A DNA stretch of 64,000 bases from the human T2T-CHM13v2.0 reference genome, Homo sapiens (GCF_009914755.1 NC_060928.1), one strand, 5' to 3'; shown: positions 29,051 through 45,376, counted from the stretch's first letter. The notes: a model not told the origin generated them from the letters alone. A program made the numbers and translations.

Positions 29051-29099
29051 CAGAGAAGCCAGTTTATAGGTATTCAAGTCTCAAGGTACCTCCCTGAGA

Positions 29100-30160
<1,061 letters not shown>

Positions 30161-31684
30161 AGGTACTCCATAGGATGTTAAACTTTTGTACATATAGTAA
30201 TAAAAATGAAAAGACCAAAAAAGGGGAACTACTTCTAACTAATATGATAGCTCAAGGGCTTATATATCTAATATTCTTAAATCTCATACTAAAACACCTT
30301 GAGATAATGAGAAAGGACTTAACCAGACAATTCATAAGAAAGAAACAGAAATTAGAAATAAATATACAGAAAAATGCCTGGCCTCCTTAATAGTAAAGGA
30401 ATGCAAATTTAAAAACCTACAAGATATTATTTTCACTTATCAAATTAAAAATCTTTTTTTAAAAATGCTGTAATAGGCACATCAGCTTGAGTCTAAGTGA
30501 AAATCAATCCCCATCAGTGTTGTAGTTATGAGGTGGGCTTGCAAAAAACCGATTTGTATGCAAACTGAAGAGCCTCTTGGAAAAGAATATATTCTAAGGA
30601 AGAAATTAGAAATAATGAGCTCAGCCCAGGAAAACAGGATCTGTCATTCAGATTTGTCTTCTAGCCGAGTTCCCTCACTGAACTCCTACAGAGGAAGGAA
30701 GAGAGGGCATCCAGAAAAAAAAGATAAAGAAAAAAATCTGAAAGAGCAATTTCATCAACATCTTTAAAGCACTGGAACATACTAGCACAGCTTCGGGTCT
30801 ATTACAGTGACACACTGAGGGAAAAGACATCGTCCTACACTTTGCACAAAACCCTCTGAAGCTCCAAACCTCAGCTACTAGATGAGGCAAAGCCAATCAG
30901 AGGGAGGTTGGAATATAAGCACAAGCATGAAAGCCCTGGTGCTTTTAGAAACCCTTGGTCGCAGGGATTAGTGAGAATTTCCAAAAGCATTAGAGGTCTT
31001 ACATCAGCTAGCAAGAGGGGAAAAGGGCAATACTGAAGTTAGTTTTTAATATATGCCCTTTCTGTTCCTATAAACTAATGAGGGCTGCAAGAGGCTAAGA
31101 TTAAATCATTATTCAATGTCAGCAAGTGTGTAAGAAGTCTCAAGCCCTCCTATACTGTTGGCTGGGGCACATGTGAGAACAAGCTTTTTGGGAACCATTT
31201 TGCAACATATATGAAGAATATTTTCAAATTTTAACTTTCTGATCCAATAACTGTCCCACTAAAATGCTTGTCAAATAGAATAAGAGGCATATAGAAATGT
31301 GTGTCCAAGGATGTTAGTTACAATCTTAATTATAATAACAAAATCTTCTAAATATTCAATCATAGGAGGAAGGTTAAATGAGTTGTAGAATGACTAAGCA
31401 AATCCGATGCAGCCCTGGATTAAAAAATTATCTTGGTAGTAGAAAACATAGGGTATCAAATTGAATGTGGAGCTGTCATTGGAAAATTTTAACCAAAGGG
31501 TTTTTTCCTTTTCACAAATTATTTCTATTGCCCTATAACAATTAGATTAATACTGAATCCATCCATTGGGTCAATCAGAGCCATTGTCTTTGGGAGAGGA
31601 GAAATCCATTGCATGCTTAAATGTGTTTTAACTCATAGCAGGCTTATCACCCTGAAGCAAAGCACCTTTGATATGTAAGAACTG

Positions 31685-31985
31685 GGCCATGCACAGTGTG
31701 TTAGCTCACACCTATAATCCTAGCACTTTGGAAGGCCAAGCTGGGCAGATCCCTTGAGCTCAGGAGTGAGACCAGCCTGGGCAACATAGCGAAACTCTGT
31801 CTGTACGAAAAATACAACAAATTAGCCGGGTATGGTGTCGCACACCTGTGGTCCCAACTACTCAGGGGGCTGAGGTGGAAGGATCGCTTGAGCCCAGGAG
31901 GCGGAGGTTGCAGTGAGCCGGGATCACATCACTTCACTCCAGCCTAGGCAACAGAGTGAGACCCTGTCTCAAACAAACAAAAAAA
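31685..31985 (+). mobile_element. AluJ-type element
   Basis: Alu dimer; AACTGGGC on both flanks. Confidence 0.92.
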
Positions 31986-32092
31986 CTGGGCAATTGAAAG
32001 AGAAGGATTTTCTTTTGAATTAATAAAAACGAACATGATTGGAAAACTGATGCAGAATCTAGAAGACGAGAGCACAGAGATTACAAAAGTTA

Positions 32093-32452
<360 letters not shown>

Positions 32453-33417
32453 TCAGGGAGGAGCCACTTTCAGAATGCCCACTGATAACGCAGGGTGGCT
32501 GCAAAGAGTATGAATGGCACCAAGTCAGGATTGGGGTGGGGTGGGGGCTGAGAGAGGCTCCTACCCTACCAGCCCCTACAATCCCCATGGGGCATTCTTG
32601 AAATCTTGAAAGGGGCATGGGAGAGATCTGGGAACAATGCGACAGCTGGCTTATGGGGAAAGTGGGGAGTGGGGGCAGGGGAGACATAGCAGAGAATTGG
32701 GAGGTCCCACACTAAAGCCAGGGGTAGTTGGTTCTCAGCAGCAGCAGGAGAAGATAACCAAACTCCTGGGAGTAATTGCTCTGCACTGCACTGCCCAGTG
32801 TCCAGAACAAACCCATAGGCAAAATCCATGTAAACAAGACTTCACAGCCAGGAAGGAATGGAGGGTCACACAAAGACCAGATATGCCTTCCTTGCAGCAG
32901 GGTGGTAGCGTGAGCTTTTTCTATTCCCAAAGACCGCCACCAGGAAGGGGAGAAGAAGTGGTAGAAAGGAAAAATCTTGAGAGGGAAAAATAGCCCTGAG
33001 AGGGAGGCTGAACTTCAAATGTGATAATAACCTCGAAGAGACAGACAGAGTTGCACTGAACTAGTGACAAAATAAATTCAGTTACAGAGAAATTTAAAGA
33101 AACTCTGTACTCATCCAAGATATGATTGTGAATTTCAAAGCTGGGACATCTATCTACAGTGCTATTTTGGTCTACCCAGTAATTATTCTCTATTCTGAGA
33201 AAAAAGCAGCTCTGAGTTTCTGCTGCAGAGCTCCCTGAACCTTCCTGGGTCCTAATCTTCCAAAGCCTGGGTGTTTTTTATTCTGTGGACTGCCAAGAAA
33301 TTCCTTTCCTTCCTTAAGTTTGTAACTGGGTCAGTTTCTGTTATTTGCACTAAAGAAAGAAGCCCAGCTGATACAAAATATATAATCCCAATTTTGTAAA
33401 TGCACATGAATACACCG

Positions 33418-33418
<1 letters not shown>

Positions 33419-33464
<46 letters not shown>
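33419..33464. repeat. (CA)23 microsatellite
   Basis: Perfect CA run. Confidence 0.98.
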
Positions 33465-33468
<4 letters not shown>

Positions 33469-33739
33469 GGGAAAAAGAAAGAAATAAAATATTAATAGTG
33501 ATCCTATCTGGATAATCAAGTTATAAAATATTATTTTCTTCTATGTTTCCAAGTTTCCTATTCTCCATAATGAGTATGCATTATATTTTTATTCAGAATA
33601 TTGAGAGATAGAAGTATTATCCATAATGTCCAGAAAAATAACATTAAGAAGCCCAATTACATTAAAAAGGTATGTCACGTCATTGGCCTTTGTCTCTTGG
33701 CACCCTGGGCCAGCCAGCAGATGCAAGCACAAGCACTGT

Positions 33740-33888
33740 TGGGCAGTGTGTTATAATGCAAAGAATACTAGGCCAGGAGTTCAGAGACCAGAGTTTTAGC
33801 TCTGGCTCTGCCACTGACAAGTTGTGTGATGTTTAATAAGTCTTTCAACCTCCTTTAGCCCCAAATTTCTTTATCTGTAACATGAAGG
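33740..33888 (+). mobile_element. MIR fragment
   Basis: GAGTTCAGAGACCAGAGTTTTAGCTCTGGCTCTGCCACTGAC...TTTCTTTATCTGTAA core. Confidence 0.75.
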
Positions 33889-33901
33889 CTTCAACTCCCT
33901 A

Positions 33902-34090
33902 GCTGGACACAGTGGTGTGTACCTGTAGTCCCAGCTATTCAGGAGGCTGGGACAGGGATCACTTAAGGCCAAGAATTCAAGGCTGTGCACACTACAGCCT
34001 TGCACTCTTGGCCTCAAGTGATCCATGATCGCACCTGTGAATAGCCACTGCACTCTAGCCTGGGCAACGTGAGACTCTCTCTAAAAAAAA
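33902..34090 (+). mobile_element. FAM (fossil Alu monomer) containing an inverted duplication
   Basis: CCTGTGAATAGCCACTGCACTCTAGCCTGGGC motif, A tail, flanking AACTCCCTA repeat; hairpin at 33956-34024. Confidence 0.85.
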
Positions 34091-37000
34091 GAAACTCCCT
34101 ATGATAATACAGAGTTCACTGACCTGTCAACCGTACCCTAGCTCAGGTTCCAACTGTCAACATTTCTCAGATATATGTATGAGAAGACAAAATTTCCCAG
34201 TATGCTAGCCAAAGTCTTAGAGAAAACTTTCAAGGGAACACTACAGACACTGCTTGCTTTGCTTTTGAGACTGAAACATAGCAATAGCACTGATGTTTTC
34301 CATCTTGTTTTCATGCAATCTCTGTCTGAAGGGACACTTCACAACCTAGCATTGCCTGTCACCAGCATGAAAGTGCAGCTAGTGCTTGTCGCTGGCATCA
34401 GCCCCAGATCCAGCATAAGAACCCAAATACCATCATGCTGGGGGGCACCTTGAGCACACTGCCTCACCATGCAGCTGGTCATCAGAGCCTCAGAGGGCAA
34501 GGAAGGTTCACGTATAGAGGGAACCAGTGAAAGGCAAATTTACTACTGCTGCTTCAATCTGTGAAATCGCAAAGCCAAGGAAGTTAAAGGGATGTGGTGC
34601 AATATTTCACACTAGATACCTGATCCGTCCAGGTGGGGGGACTTAGATGGATTCCCAAAGAAGTAGGTGCATTGAGAAGAGTACACCAGGAATTGAGCTA
34701 TAGGAATAACAGAGACCAAACTAGCAATTTTACATCTGTTCAAAACTATGACCTCATCAAACTAATTTCTCAGCTAGCTTTTTTCTTCTTCCATTCTTGT
34801 ATCCATGTCTTGCAGCTTCCTCTGGGAATCTTCTTCCTCTCCCTGTAGTATATGATGTCTAAAAATCCTCCCTGGCTTGTTGGGAACAAACTTCCCATAC
34901 ACCAGAGTGACATATGCCCTGAGACTCTACACGATGGCTGAAGAGACACCTAACTCACAGGACTAAGGAAAATGTAAGCCCTAAACCACTTAGCTCTGTG
35001 TCATAAAAATCTACTGTCCTTTATTCTGTTTATCTTTATTTCTAACCTAAGAGAAAAAGTAGAATGGAACAGACTGGGTAATCTATTCTAAGAAAAACTT
35101 GAATGTTTTAAACACAAAAAAGAGAAGAACTAAAATTTGAATGCAGAAAAGATACAATTAAGCACATTTGCAACCTTGGCAAGTACATGAAGAGGAGTGT
35201 AAAGGGAATTAGATTGTGTGGGAGTCAAGCTGGGTCCAAAAAAAACAGGAACGGGAATGTTTCAAGAAGGGATCTGAAGAGATACAATGAGTTACTAAGT
35301 GAAGAAGGGAAAGGAGAACAGAAAACACTGGAAGAAAAAGTCATTTCACTAAACAAACAAACAAAAATACCAACAACAAAACCTCACTGTAACTAGCAGT
35401 AAGGAAGTTTAATGACTCTGCATACTGGGTATATTCTGGATCCCTTCAGTAGAAATGTCATTTAAACTAAGACTGAAGAAAAGCAAAGAAGGAGAAACAG
35501 TGGTTTGTCTCTTTGTCCAATATAGTGTTGCTCATGTGGAGGGAGAGAATGGGGAATGTGGGAAGGGTTGAGGAATTCCAATAAGAAGATTATCACCCAC
35601 AAAGAATGCCGGAGACAGGTTTTTTTCCACAAGAGATTAAGTCATTATTCTTAACCCAAGAGGTGATGGATTGTCTTTCTGGTGCTTACTAGTATAATAG
35701 CTAAGCAGAAAATAATTGTCTAATGTGAAGTAGGGGAGCTGGAGATAACATAGAAAGGATAAAAGTCCCTCAAATTAAAAACAAGAAGGCATCGACATGA
35801 TTTGTGGTTTCAAAAAAACTTTTTTGGGGGAATAAAACAATGCTGACTTTGCAGATGAAGCTGACATCACAGATATATTGTAGTTACTGCCTACATACTA
35901 TTCTTACTGGAAATGGAGCAGTGTAGGAAGCCACAAACATCTAAATAGTCATTTCTCTCTCTTTCTTGTCAGTTGCTTCAAGTCACAAATGCAGTTTCAA
36001 TTCAACAAATCAAAGTGTCACCTGTTTACAAACTCCACTTTCAAATCTTTCACCAAAATCGGTGAGCAATACATGCTAATAAACAGAGAAAATAAAAAAA
36101 CTAGAGTCACTTTGAGAGAAGTATAGTTTAGTGATTACAGAAAATATCATTTATATTTTGTTGCCAATGTGGATTTCTGTTAGTTTGTCTATCTGATAAG
36201 CTTCAGGGACAATAGTTGTATTGAATATTGAAAGGAAGTTGTTATGATCAGATTGCTTCCTGTGGTGAACAAAAGGCTTTTGCTGACATAGCAGCTTCAT
36301 GGTTGCACACACAGCCCATAATATCCTTGTCTTTCAAACTGAAAGGTTTTTTTCTTTTTTTTTTTTTCACTATTTCAACAGGAAACAAAATCTTCAGACT
36401 TGCTTCCAAAGGAGAAGTTTGAAATGGAAGGGAGAAAGAGAGGAAGGGAGGGACGGCAAGAAGGAAAGAAGAGAGGAAGGAAGAAAGCAATGGCATGGCC
36501 ATGTTTCTGTGTTGTTTTTTCCTACTACAAAATATTAAGATATTGGATAATAAAGGAGCCAAATAGTGTCACATGGCTCACGTGTGTATCAACAAGGCCC
36601 ATGTGTGTATCAACATAAGGCTAAGAACACATGACAAGGCATGGATGGCCAAGGAGTCAGGATTTTGAAATGAGTGCAAGGACTTGTTTACATGAAAATG
36701 TTCAAAGGTAAAATCAATGTATCAGGTTAAAGGGTTGAGTCTGAAGAATGAGCGCATGAAAAAATGTGATACTTTCTCTTTTTTGTCATTGCTTTCTTTC
36801 CCCTCATCCGTGGCGGGGAGAGGATCTTTGGTAAGACAGAATAAAGACGGCATTTTAGTGAGGATGGGGGAAGCCTGAGGCAGGTGTGCTCTCTTCTGAG
36901 AACTTTCTCAAAAATCCACACCATTTCCATGGTGGTGAAGGCCGTGACGAAAAGACCTCAGAAGAATTACTAAAATAGCTTCTGAGGTTGCTTTCCAATG

Positions 37001-37441
37001 GCACAATGCAGGAAATGGAAAAGGGGCATGTATTGATAGCATTGTGTGTAAATGAACAATATACATGTGTATTGTATTTTTCATGGTGGGCAAATGGTGG
37101 GACATCGGGGAGAGGGGCTGAGAGAAGTCCAGGAAGCAGCATAAAGATCTTAATGGACAGGAAGGAGAAGAGAGGTGTTAATGGAAAGAAGGAATACATT
37201 TTAGCACTTCAAATACTGGTGTAGCTTCAACTCTGACCAGGGACATTTTGTCTTAGTGCCTAAATATATCCAAGTGGAATAAGCACGAATCTCACATTTT
37301 AAAAAATTAGCCATGCATTACACATACGTATCATTCTTCCTGATATTGTTAAAGCAAACCACTGCAACAACATTGGCTACAGAATTTTGAGGGCTCAGTC
37401 CAAAATAAAAATGCAGGGCTCCTTGTTCAAAAATTACTAAG

Positions 37442-38058
<617 letters not shown>

Positions 38059-38247
38059 TCAAGGTGGCAAAAATGGCATTAAACCAAGCAAGGGGCCCTT
38101 CTGAGTATAGGTCCTATGTGACTGCACAAGTCATATGCCCATGAGGCCAGCCCTACTCCAAAATTAAGACCAGATTTGAATGGGTTCCATGCAGTGCTTG
38201 GAGGGGAAAATCCCAGATGTAAACTCTCACTGTAAAAGTTCAAAAGG

Positions 38248-38543
38248 GGCTGGGCGGGGTGGCTCATGCCTGTTAATCCCAGCACTTTGGGAGGCCGAGG
38301 CGGGTGGATCACGAGGTCAGGAGATCTAGACCATCCTGGCTAACACAGTGAAACCCCATCTCTACTAAATATACAAAAAATTAGCTGGGCGTGGTGGCGG
38401 GCACCTGTAGTCCCAGTTACTCGGGAGGCTGAGGCAGGAGAACCGTGTGAACCCGGAAGGTGGAGCTTGCAGCCGAGATTGCGCCACTGCACTCCAGCCT
38501 GGGCGACAGAGCGAGACTCCGTCTAAAAACAAACAAAAAAAAA
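38248..38543 (+). mobile_element. AluY
   Basis: GAGATCTAGACCATCCTGGCTAACAC, GTGAACCCGG, GGAGCTTGCAG. Confidence 0.9.
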
Positions 38544-38612
38544 GTGCTAAAGGGAAAGGCTGATTATTGGAGTCAGAAGACTAGTTATCCTCTGCTTTTC
38601 TATGAGTGATAG

Positions 38613-39917
38613 TGAGAGGTGACAGCTTGCTGGCAGTTCTCACAGCCCTCGCTTCCTCTCGGCGCCTCCCCTGCCTGGGTTCCCACTTTGGCGGCACCTG
38701 AGGAGCCCTTCAGCCCGCCCTGCACTGTGGGATCCCCTTTCTGGGCTGGCCAAGGCCGGAGCCGGCTCCCTCAGCTTGCCAGGAGGTGTGGAGGGAGAGG
38801 CGCTGGGGGGAACCAGGACTGCGCGAGTTCCGGGTGGGCGTGGGCTCTGCGGACCCGCACTCCCAGCAGTCGGCCGGCCCCACCGCCCGGGGCAGTGAGG
38901 GGTTTAGCACCTGGGCCAGCAACTGCTGTGCTCAAAATTTCTCGCCGGGCCTTAGTTGCCTTCCCGCAGGGCAGGGCTCAGGACCTGCAGCCCGCCATGC
39001 CTGAGCCTCCCCCGCGCTCCCTGGGCTCCTGTGCCGCGGAGCCTCCCCTAAGAGCGCCGCCCCCTGCTCCACAGCACCCAGTCCCATTGACCACCCAAGG
39101 GCTGAGGAATGCCGGCGGCAGGCAGGGAGCTCCACCTGCAGCCTCCATTCAGGATCCACTGGGTGAAGCCAGCTGGGCTCCTGAGTCTAGTGGGGATGTG
39201 GAGAACCTTTATATCTAGCTAAGGGATTGTAAATACACCAATCAGCACTCTGTATCTAGCTCAAGGTTTGTAAACACACCAATCAGCACCCTGTGTCTAG
39301 CTCAGGGTTTGTGAATGCACCAATCGACACTCTGTATTTAGCTACTCTGGTGGGGCCTTAGAGAACCTTTATGTCTAGCTCAGGGATTGTAAACGCACCA
39401 ATCAGCGCCCTGTCAAAACAGACCACTCGGCTCTACCAATCAGCAGGATGTGGGTGGAGCCAGACAAGAGAATAAAAGCAGGCTGCCTGATCCAGCAGTG
39501 GCAACCCGCTCAGGTCCCCTTCCACACTGTGGAATCTTGGTTCTTTCACTCTTTGCAATAAATCTTGCTGCTGCTCACTGCTTGGGTCCACACTGCTTTT
39601 ATGAGCTGTAACACTCACCGCGAAGGTCTGCAGCTTCACTCCTGAAGCCAGCGAGACCACGAACCCACCGGGAGGAACAAACAACTCCAGACGCGCTGCC
39701 TTAAGAGCTGTAACACTCACCACAAAGGTCCGCAGTTTCACTCCTGAGCCAGCGAGACCGCGAACCCCACCAGAAGGAAGAAACTCCAAACACATCCGAA
39801 CATCAGAACGAACAAACTCCGGACATGCCACCTTTAAGAACTGTAACACTCACCACGAGGGTCCACAGCTTCATTCCTGAAGTCAGTGAGACCAAGAACC
39901 CACCAATTCCGGACACA
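38613..39917 (+). mobile_element. Solo LTR12 (ERV9/HERV-9 LTR, LTR12C-like)
   Basis: TGAGAGGTGACAGC...CCAATTCCGGACACA with perfect TSD ATAG; CpG-rich 5' U3; about 41-bp CCAAT repeats; U5 repeats (GAGCTGTAACACTCACC). Confidence 0.95.
39200..39565 (+). promoter_or_regulatory. LTR12 enhancer/promoter: five CCAAT (NF-Y) boxes, TATA-equivalent AATAAAA, R-region poly(A) signal
   Basis: CCAATC at about 39237, 39279, 39320, 39398 and 39436; AATAAAAG at 39471; AATAAA at about 39557. This is the known ERV9 LTR layout. Confidence 0.75.
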
Positions 39918-39929
39918 ATAGTAGATAAC

Positions 39930-40217
39930 TGCTATGGTTTGGATCTCTGTCCCCACTAAATTTCATGTTGAATTATAATCTCCAGGGCTGGAGGTGGGGT
40001 CTGGTGGGAGGTGACTGGATCATTGGGTTGGTTTCTAATGGTTTATCACCATCCTCCTAGTGATAGGTTCCCCTTTGCCTTCCACCATGATTGAAAGTTA
40101 GTAAAGGCCATCATGCTTCCTGTATAGCCCATGGAACCATGAGCCAATTAAACCTCTTTTCTTTATATACTTTGGCTCAGGTGTTTCTTCATAGCAGTGT
40201 GAGAACAGACTAATGCA
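39930..40217 (+). mobile_element. MSTA-type MaLR LTR (internally deleted)
   Basis: TGCTATGGTTTGGATCTCTGTCCCCAC...GAGCCAATTAAACCTCTTTTCTTTAT...GAGAACAGACTAATGCA. Confidence 0.85.
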
Positions 40218-40694
40218 GGTACTCTCAGTGCCACTCTGACCCTGGTGATTTTGAGATTCCACTAGACCACAACTTGCACACTATGAACAATAAGACAGCT
40301 TAGAAGGACATCTCGTATAGCTCTGTGATATGGAAAGACTAAACACATTCTGAATAGATTTTGGTTCCTTTAAAATGACTTTATATTTTTGTAACACTGT
40401 AAGGCCCGACTAAATATACGTTTTCACTGTTATGATTTAGTGATTCCCATTCTAGAGCAAAATGAAAATATTACTGATAATTCACTGTTTATTTCATGGA
40501 ATACTAAAATACCAATATTAATGCAGTATTTTAATTTTAAAAAGCCAGTAAAAATATTTAATATATGTAAAATATAAAAGCTTATATATTATTAAACATC
40601 AAGTAAAAATAAAAACTGTAATTTTAACCATATCTTATCATCGTGATAGAAATTATCCAAAGTTTCAATTATTAAAAATAAAGTATTCAAAATA

Positions 40695-41107
40695 CAGTCC
40701 GGCATCACTTAAGGACAGGGATATATCCTTCCAAATGCATTGTTAAGACAATTTTGTCCTTGTCTGAACATCATAGAGAGTACTTACACAAATCTAAATG
40801 GTATAACCCACTATACAACTAGGCTGTATGGTATAGTCCATTGCTCCTACACTACAAACCTGCACAGTATGTTATTGTACTGAATATGGTAGGGAATTGT
40901 AACACAATGGTATTTGTGTATCTAAACATAGAAAAGATACAGTAAAAACACCATATAAAAAGATAAGAAAGGGTATACCTATATTGGGCACTTACCATGA
41001 ATGGAGCTTACAGGACTGGAAGTTGCTCTGAGTGAGTCAGTGAGTGAGTGGTGACTAAATGTGAAGGCTTAGGGCATTACTGTACACTACTGTAGACTTT
41101 ATAAACA
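40695..41107. mobile_element. Tigger3 (Golem) family fragment
   Basis: TA|CAGTC terminus; GAACATCATAGAGAGTACTTACACAAA; GGACTGGAAGTTGCTCTGAGTGAGTCAGTGAG. Confidence 0.82.
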
Positions 41108-41170
41108 GGCTGTTTATTGAAACAAAATAATTTCCCTAGATATACTTTCCTATTAATGAAGAGCATGTTA

Positions 41171-41350
41171 GACCAGGCACGGTGGCTCATGCCTTTAATC
41201 CCAACACTTTAAGGAGGCCGAGGTGTGAGGATCCCTTGAGTCCAGGAGTTTGAGGTTATAGTGAGCTATGATTGTGCCATTGTACTCCAGCCTGGGTGAC
41301 AGCACAAGGCCCTGTTTCTAAGAATAAACAAACAAACAAACAAAACAATA
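41171..41350 (+). mobile_element. Alu monomer (FRAM-like)
   Basis: Single monomer with the right-arm insert and an (AAAC)n tail. Confidence 0.8.
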
Positions 41351-41845
41351 AGGGAAGAAAGGAGAGGAGAGGAGAAAGACAACATAAGTCACATTATACC
41401 TTAAAAGTCAGGTTTCTAGGAATTTTTCAGGCCAGAAAATAAATCTTACAAGTGATCTGTAAGTTGTTATGTATCAATACCTTTCAAGGATAGCTTTCAA
41501 GTAACCATGACTTCCAGGTGTATAGATTTACCATCTGCTTCAAAGACAAGAAACTTCTCCATGCAAATTTATACTAAGAGACATCTTTATCTCAAACCTT
41601 CAGGGCTTATACCCAAGAGTGAACTACTTCATTCAGGACATGGAAGCACATACATATAGAACTACTAGCCATACTCCCCGAGGAATCTGGATCTCACAGG
41701 GAGATTCAACGCCCTTAAAGTATGACAATGAACCGTTGTATATTTTTGGTGTGCTAGATCCACAGGGCTAATTTGGCATTCAGTTTGCAACAATTAAAAA
41801 GCTGCAGCAGCATTATATTAATCAGAAGGGCTAAGCAGAGCTTCA

Positions 41846-41848
<3 letters not shown>

Positions 41849-41892
<44 letters not shown>
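41849..41892 (+). repeat. Perfect A44 homopolymer
   Basis: Direct count. Confidence 0.95.
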
Positions 41893-41895
<3 letters not shown>

Positions 41896-41897
41896 CA

Positions 41898-42560
<663 letters not shown>

Positions 42561-42979
42561 ATAGTGCATTACAGACATCAAGATTTGTGGCAATTTGTAG
42601 AGTCTGACCTCACTCTTCTAATATTTATAGTAAAAAGGATGGGTAGTTAACCAAACTGCATATGTATATGTGTTAGCCCCTCAAATGAAACCACTTCATT
42701 TACATTACTTTAAAGAAATGTGTGTTTTCCACTATTTAATGATCACATCATATGCTGAATGCAGTAATGTCAAGTTTTAAAATTTTGTTTTGCTTTTTGC
42801 CAATGAAACTAGGCAAAATGAGATGAAAGAATTTTGGCTGTGATTTTAGGAACTGCCTTTACTCAATGCTTAATTTTAACTAAGCATAACCAGTGAGTAA
42901 AATTTTGTCAAGATCATTCCTAATTTACAATTTTCATTAAAGCTGATAAAGTATACTCTTCAAAGAATAACATGAGTTT

Positions 42980-43384
42980 ACTTCCTTCCTTGTTTTCTTC
43001 CTTCCATCTTTCCTTCCTTCCTTCCTTCCTTCTTTCCTTCCTTCTTCTCTCTTTCTTTCTCTCTCTCTCTCTCTCTGTCTCTCTTTCTCTCTTTCTTTCT
43101 TTTTGAGATGGAGTCTCACTCTATCACCCAGGCTGGAGTGCAGTGCTGCGATCTTGGCTCATGCAACCTCCACCTCCCAGGTTCAAGTGATTCTCCTGCC
43201 GCAGCCTCTCCAGTAGCTGGAATCACAGGAGGGCACCACCACACCTGGCTAATTTTTGTATTTTTAGTAGAGACAAGGTTTCCCCATGCTGGCCAGGCTG
43301 GTCTCGAATACCTGACCTCAAGTGATCCACCTGCCTCAGCCTCCCAAAGTGCTGGGATTACAGGCGTAAGCCACTGCACCCAGC
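42980..43384 (-). mobile_element. AluS with a (TTCC)n/(TC)n expanded tail
   Basis: Reverse Alu; TSD CATGAGTTT. Confidence 0.92.
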
Positions 43385-43618
43385 CATGAGTTTTCTTTTT
43401 CCTAAATATTTTCTTGCAACTATTTGTTGCCATAACAGTTTGAACCTGAATTTTATTTTCATAGGATTAAAGGTAGATATTTATTTCTGCTGATTTTTTT
43501 CATTAGAGAATGCCTATTATTAAAAATAATTTGAATGGATTAAATTATATTTTAAAAAGAAACAAAGATGAGAAAATAAAAAATATAAAAGGGGGGCCAG
43601 TTAAGACAGGGAGAAAGA

Positions 43619-44548
<930 letters not shown>

Positions 44549-45376
44549 AAACTTTTTTCAACAAAAATAGGATGCTGACAGACATGGCTTTTTGAAAGAG
44601 AAAGAATAAGGGATCCTAAGAACTGAGTTAGAATTTATGAGAAGACTCCCCAGGGAAGTATTTACCTAGTAGTAAATACCTAGTAGTGGTAGGCAAGGGC
44701 ATTTAGGAAGTGTGAGGGTCTCCCACTGCTCTACCTGTTCATGAATGTCTAGAGTCTGAGCAGCAAGAGATAAGATTGAAATAAATAATCTAAATGGTGT
44801 TTTAGTTGTTGTTCACTCTCCTCTGGAAGGGAGGAGAAAGGATAAAAGAGCCCACAAAGCTGAGAGAGGGCTTGGATCATCTGAAAACTTTGAAAATTAG
44901 TTTTGGTTGTACCATGAACAGCCTCTGGGTCACTCAAACTGGAAAGAAAATATGCTTTGCTTACTGACATGAAGCCACTCTCTCCTTACATAGCCCCAGA
45001 TTCCTCCCACCATTGCTTTTGCCCTTATCCCAGCTGCTTAAAAGAGGAAGGTGGGGTCAGGGTCTCCCTGTCCCCAAGGGGGAACAAAAGCTACGTGTGC
45101 ACTTTCAGGTATGCTGGGGGAACTTAAGGGAGGTGAAGGACTCAAACTTGGATGCTCTGTTGAGTACAGACATCCAAGTCACCCATTCTACCCAGTTCTG
45201 TGAGGAGGGGAAGTGCCTACATTCAATTTGTAGGATTTGGTCAGGGTTTGGGGTAGTGATGTGATGTTAACATGACCTTGTTTTCCAGGATGTCATCTAC
45301 CCCTTATTTTCCTTCTACTTCTCTAAGTGCCCCACAGTTTTCTTTAATAGTTCCTTCTCTTCAGACCACTTCTTAA

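Noticed and set aside
38619-39849. 199-aa and 138-aa ORFs and apparent CpG island
   Set aside because: Entirely within the GC-rich LTR12; not a host gene or gene-associated CpG island.
39200-39900. Regularly spaced ~41-bp and U5 repeats superficially resembling a CRISPR array
   Set aside because: Standard ERV9 LTR subrepeats; no unique spacers, no cas genes, eukaryotic context.
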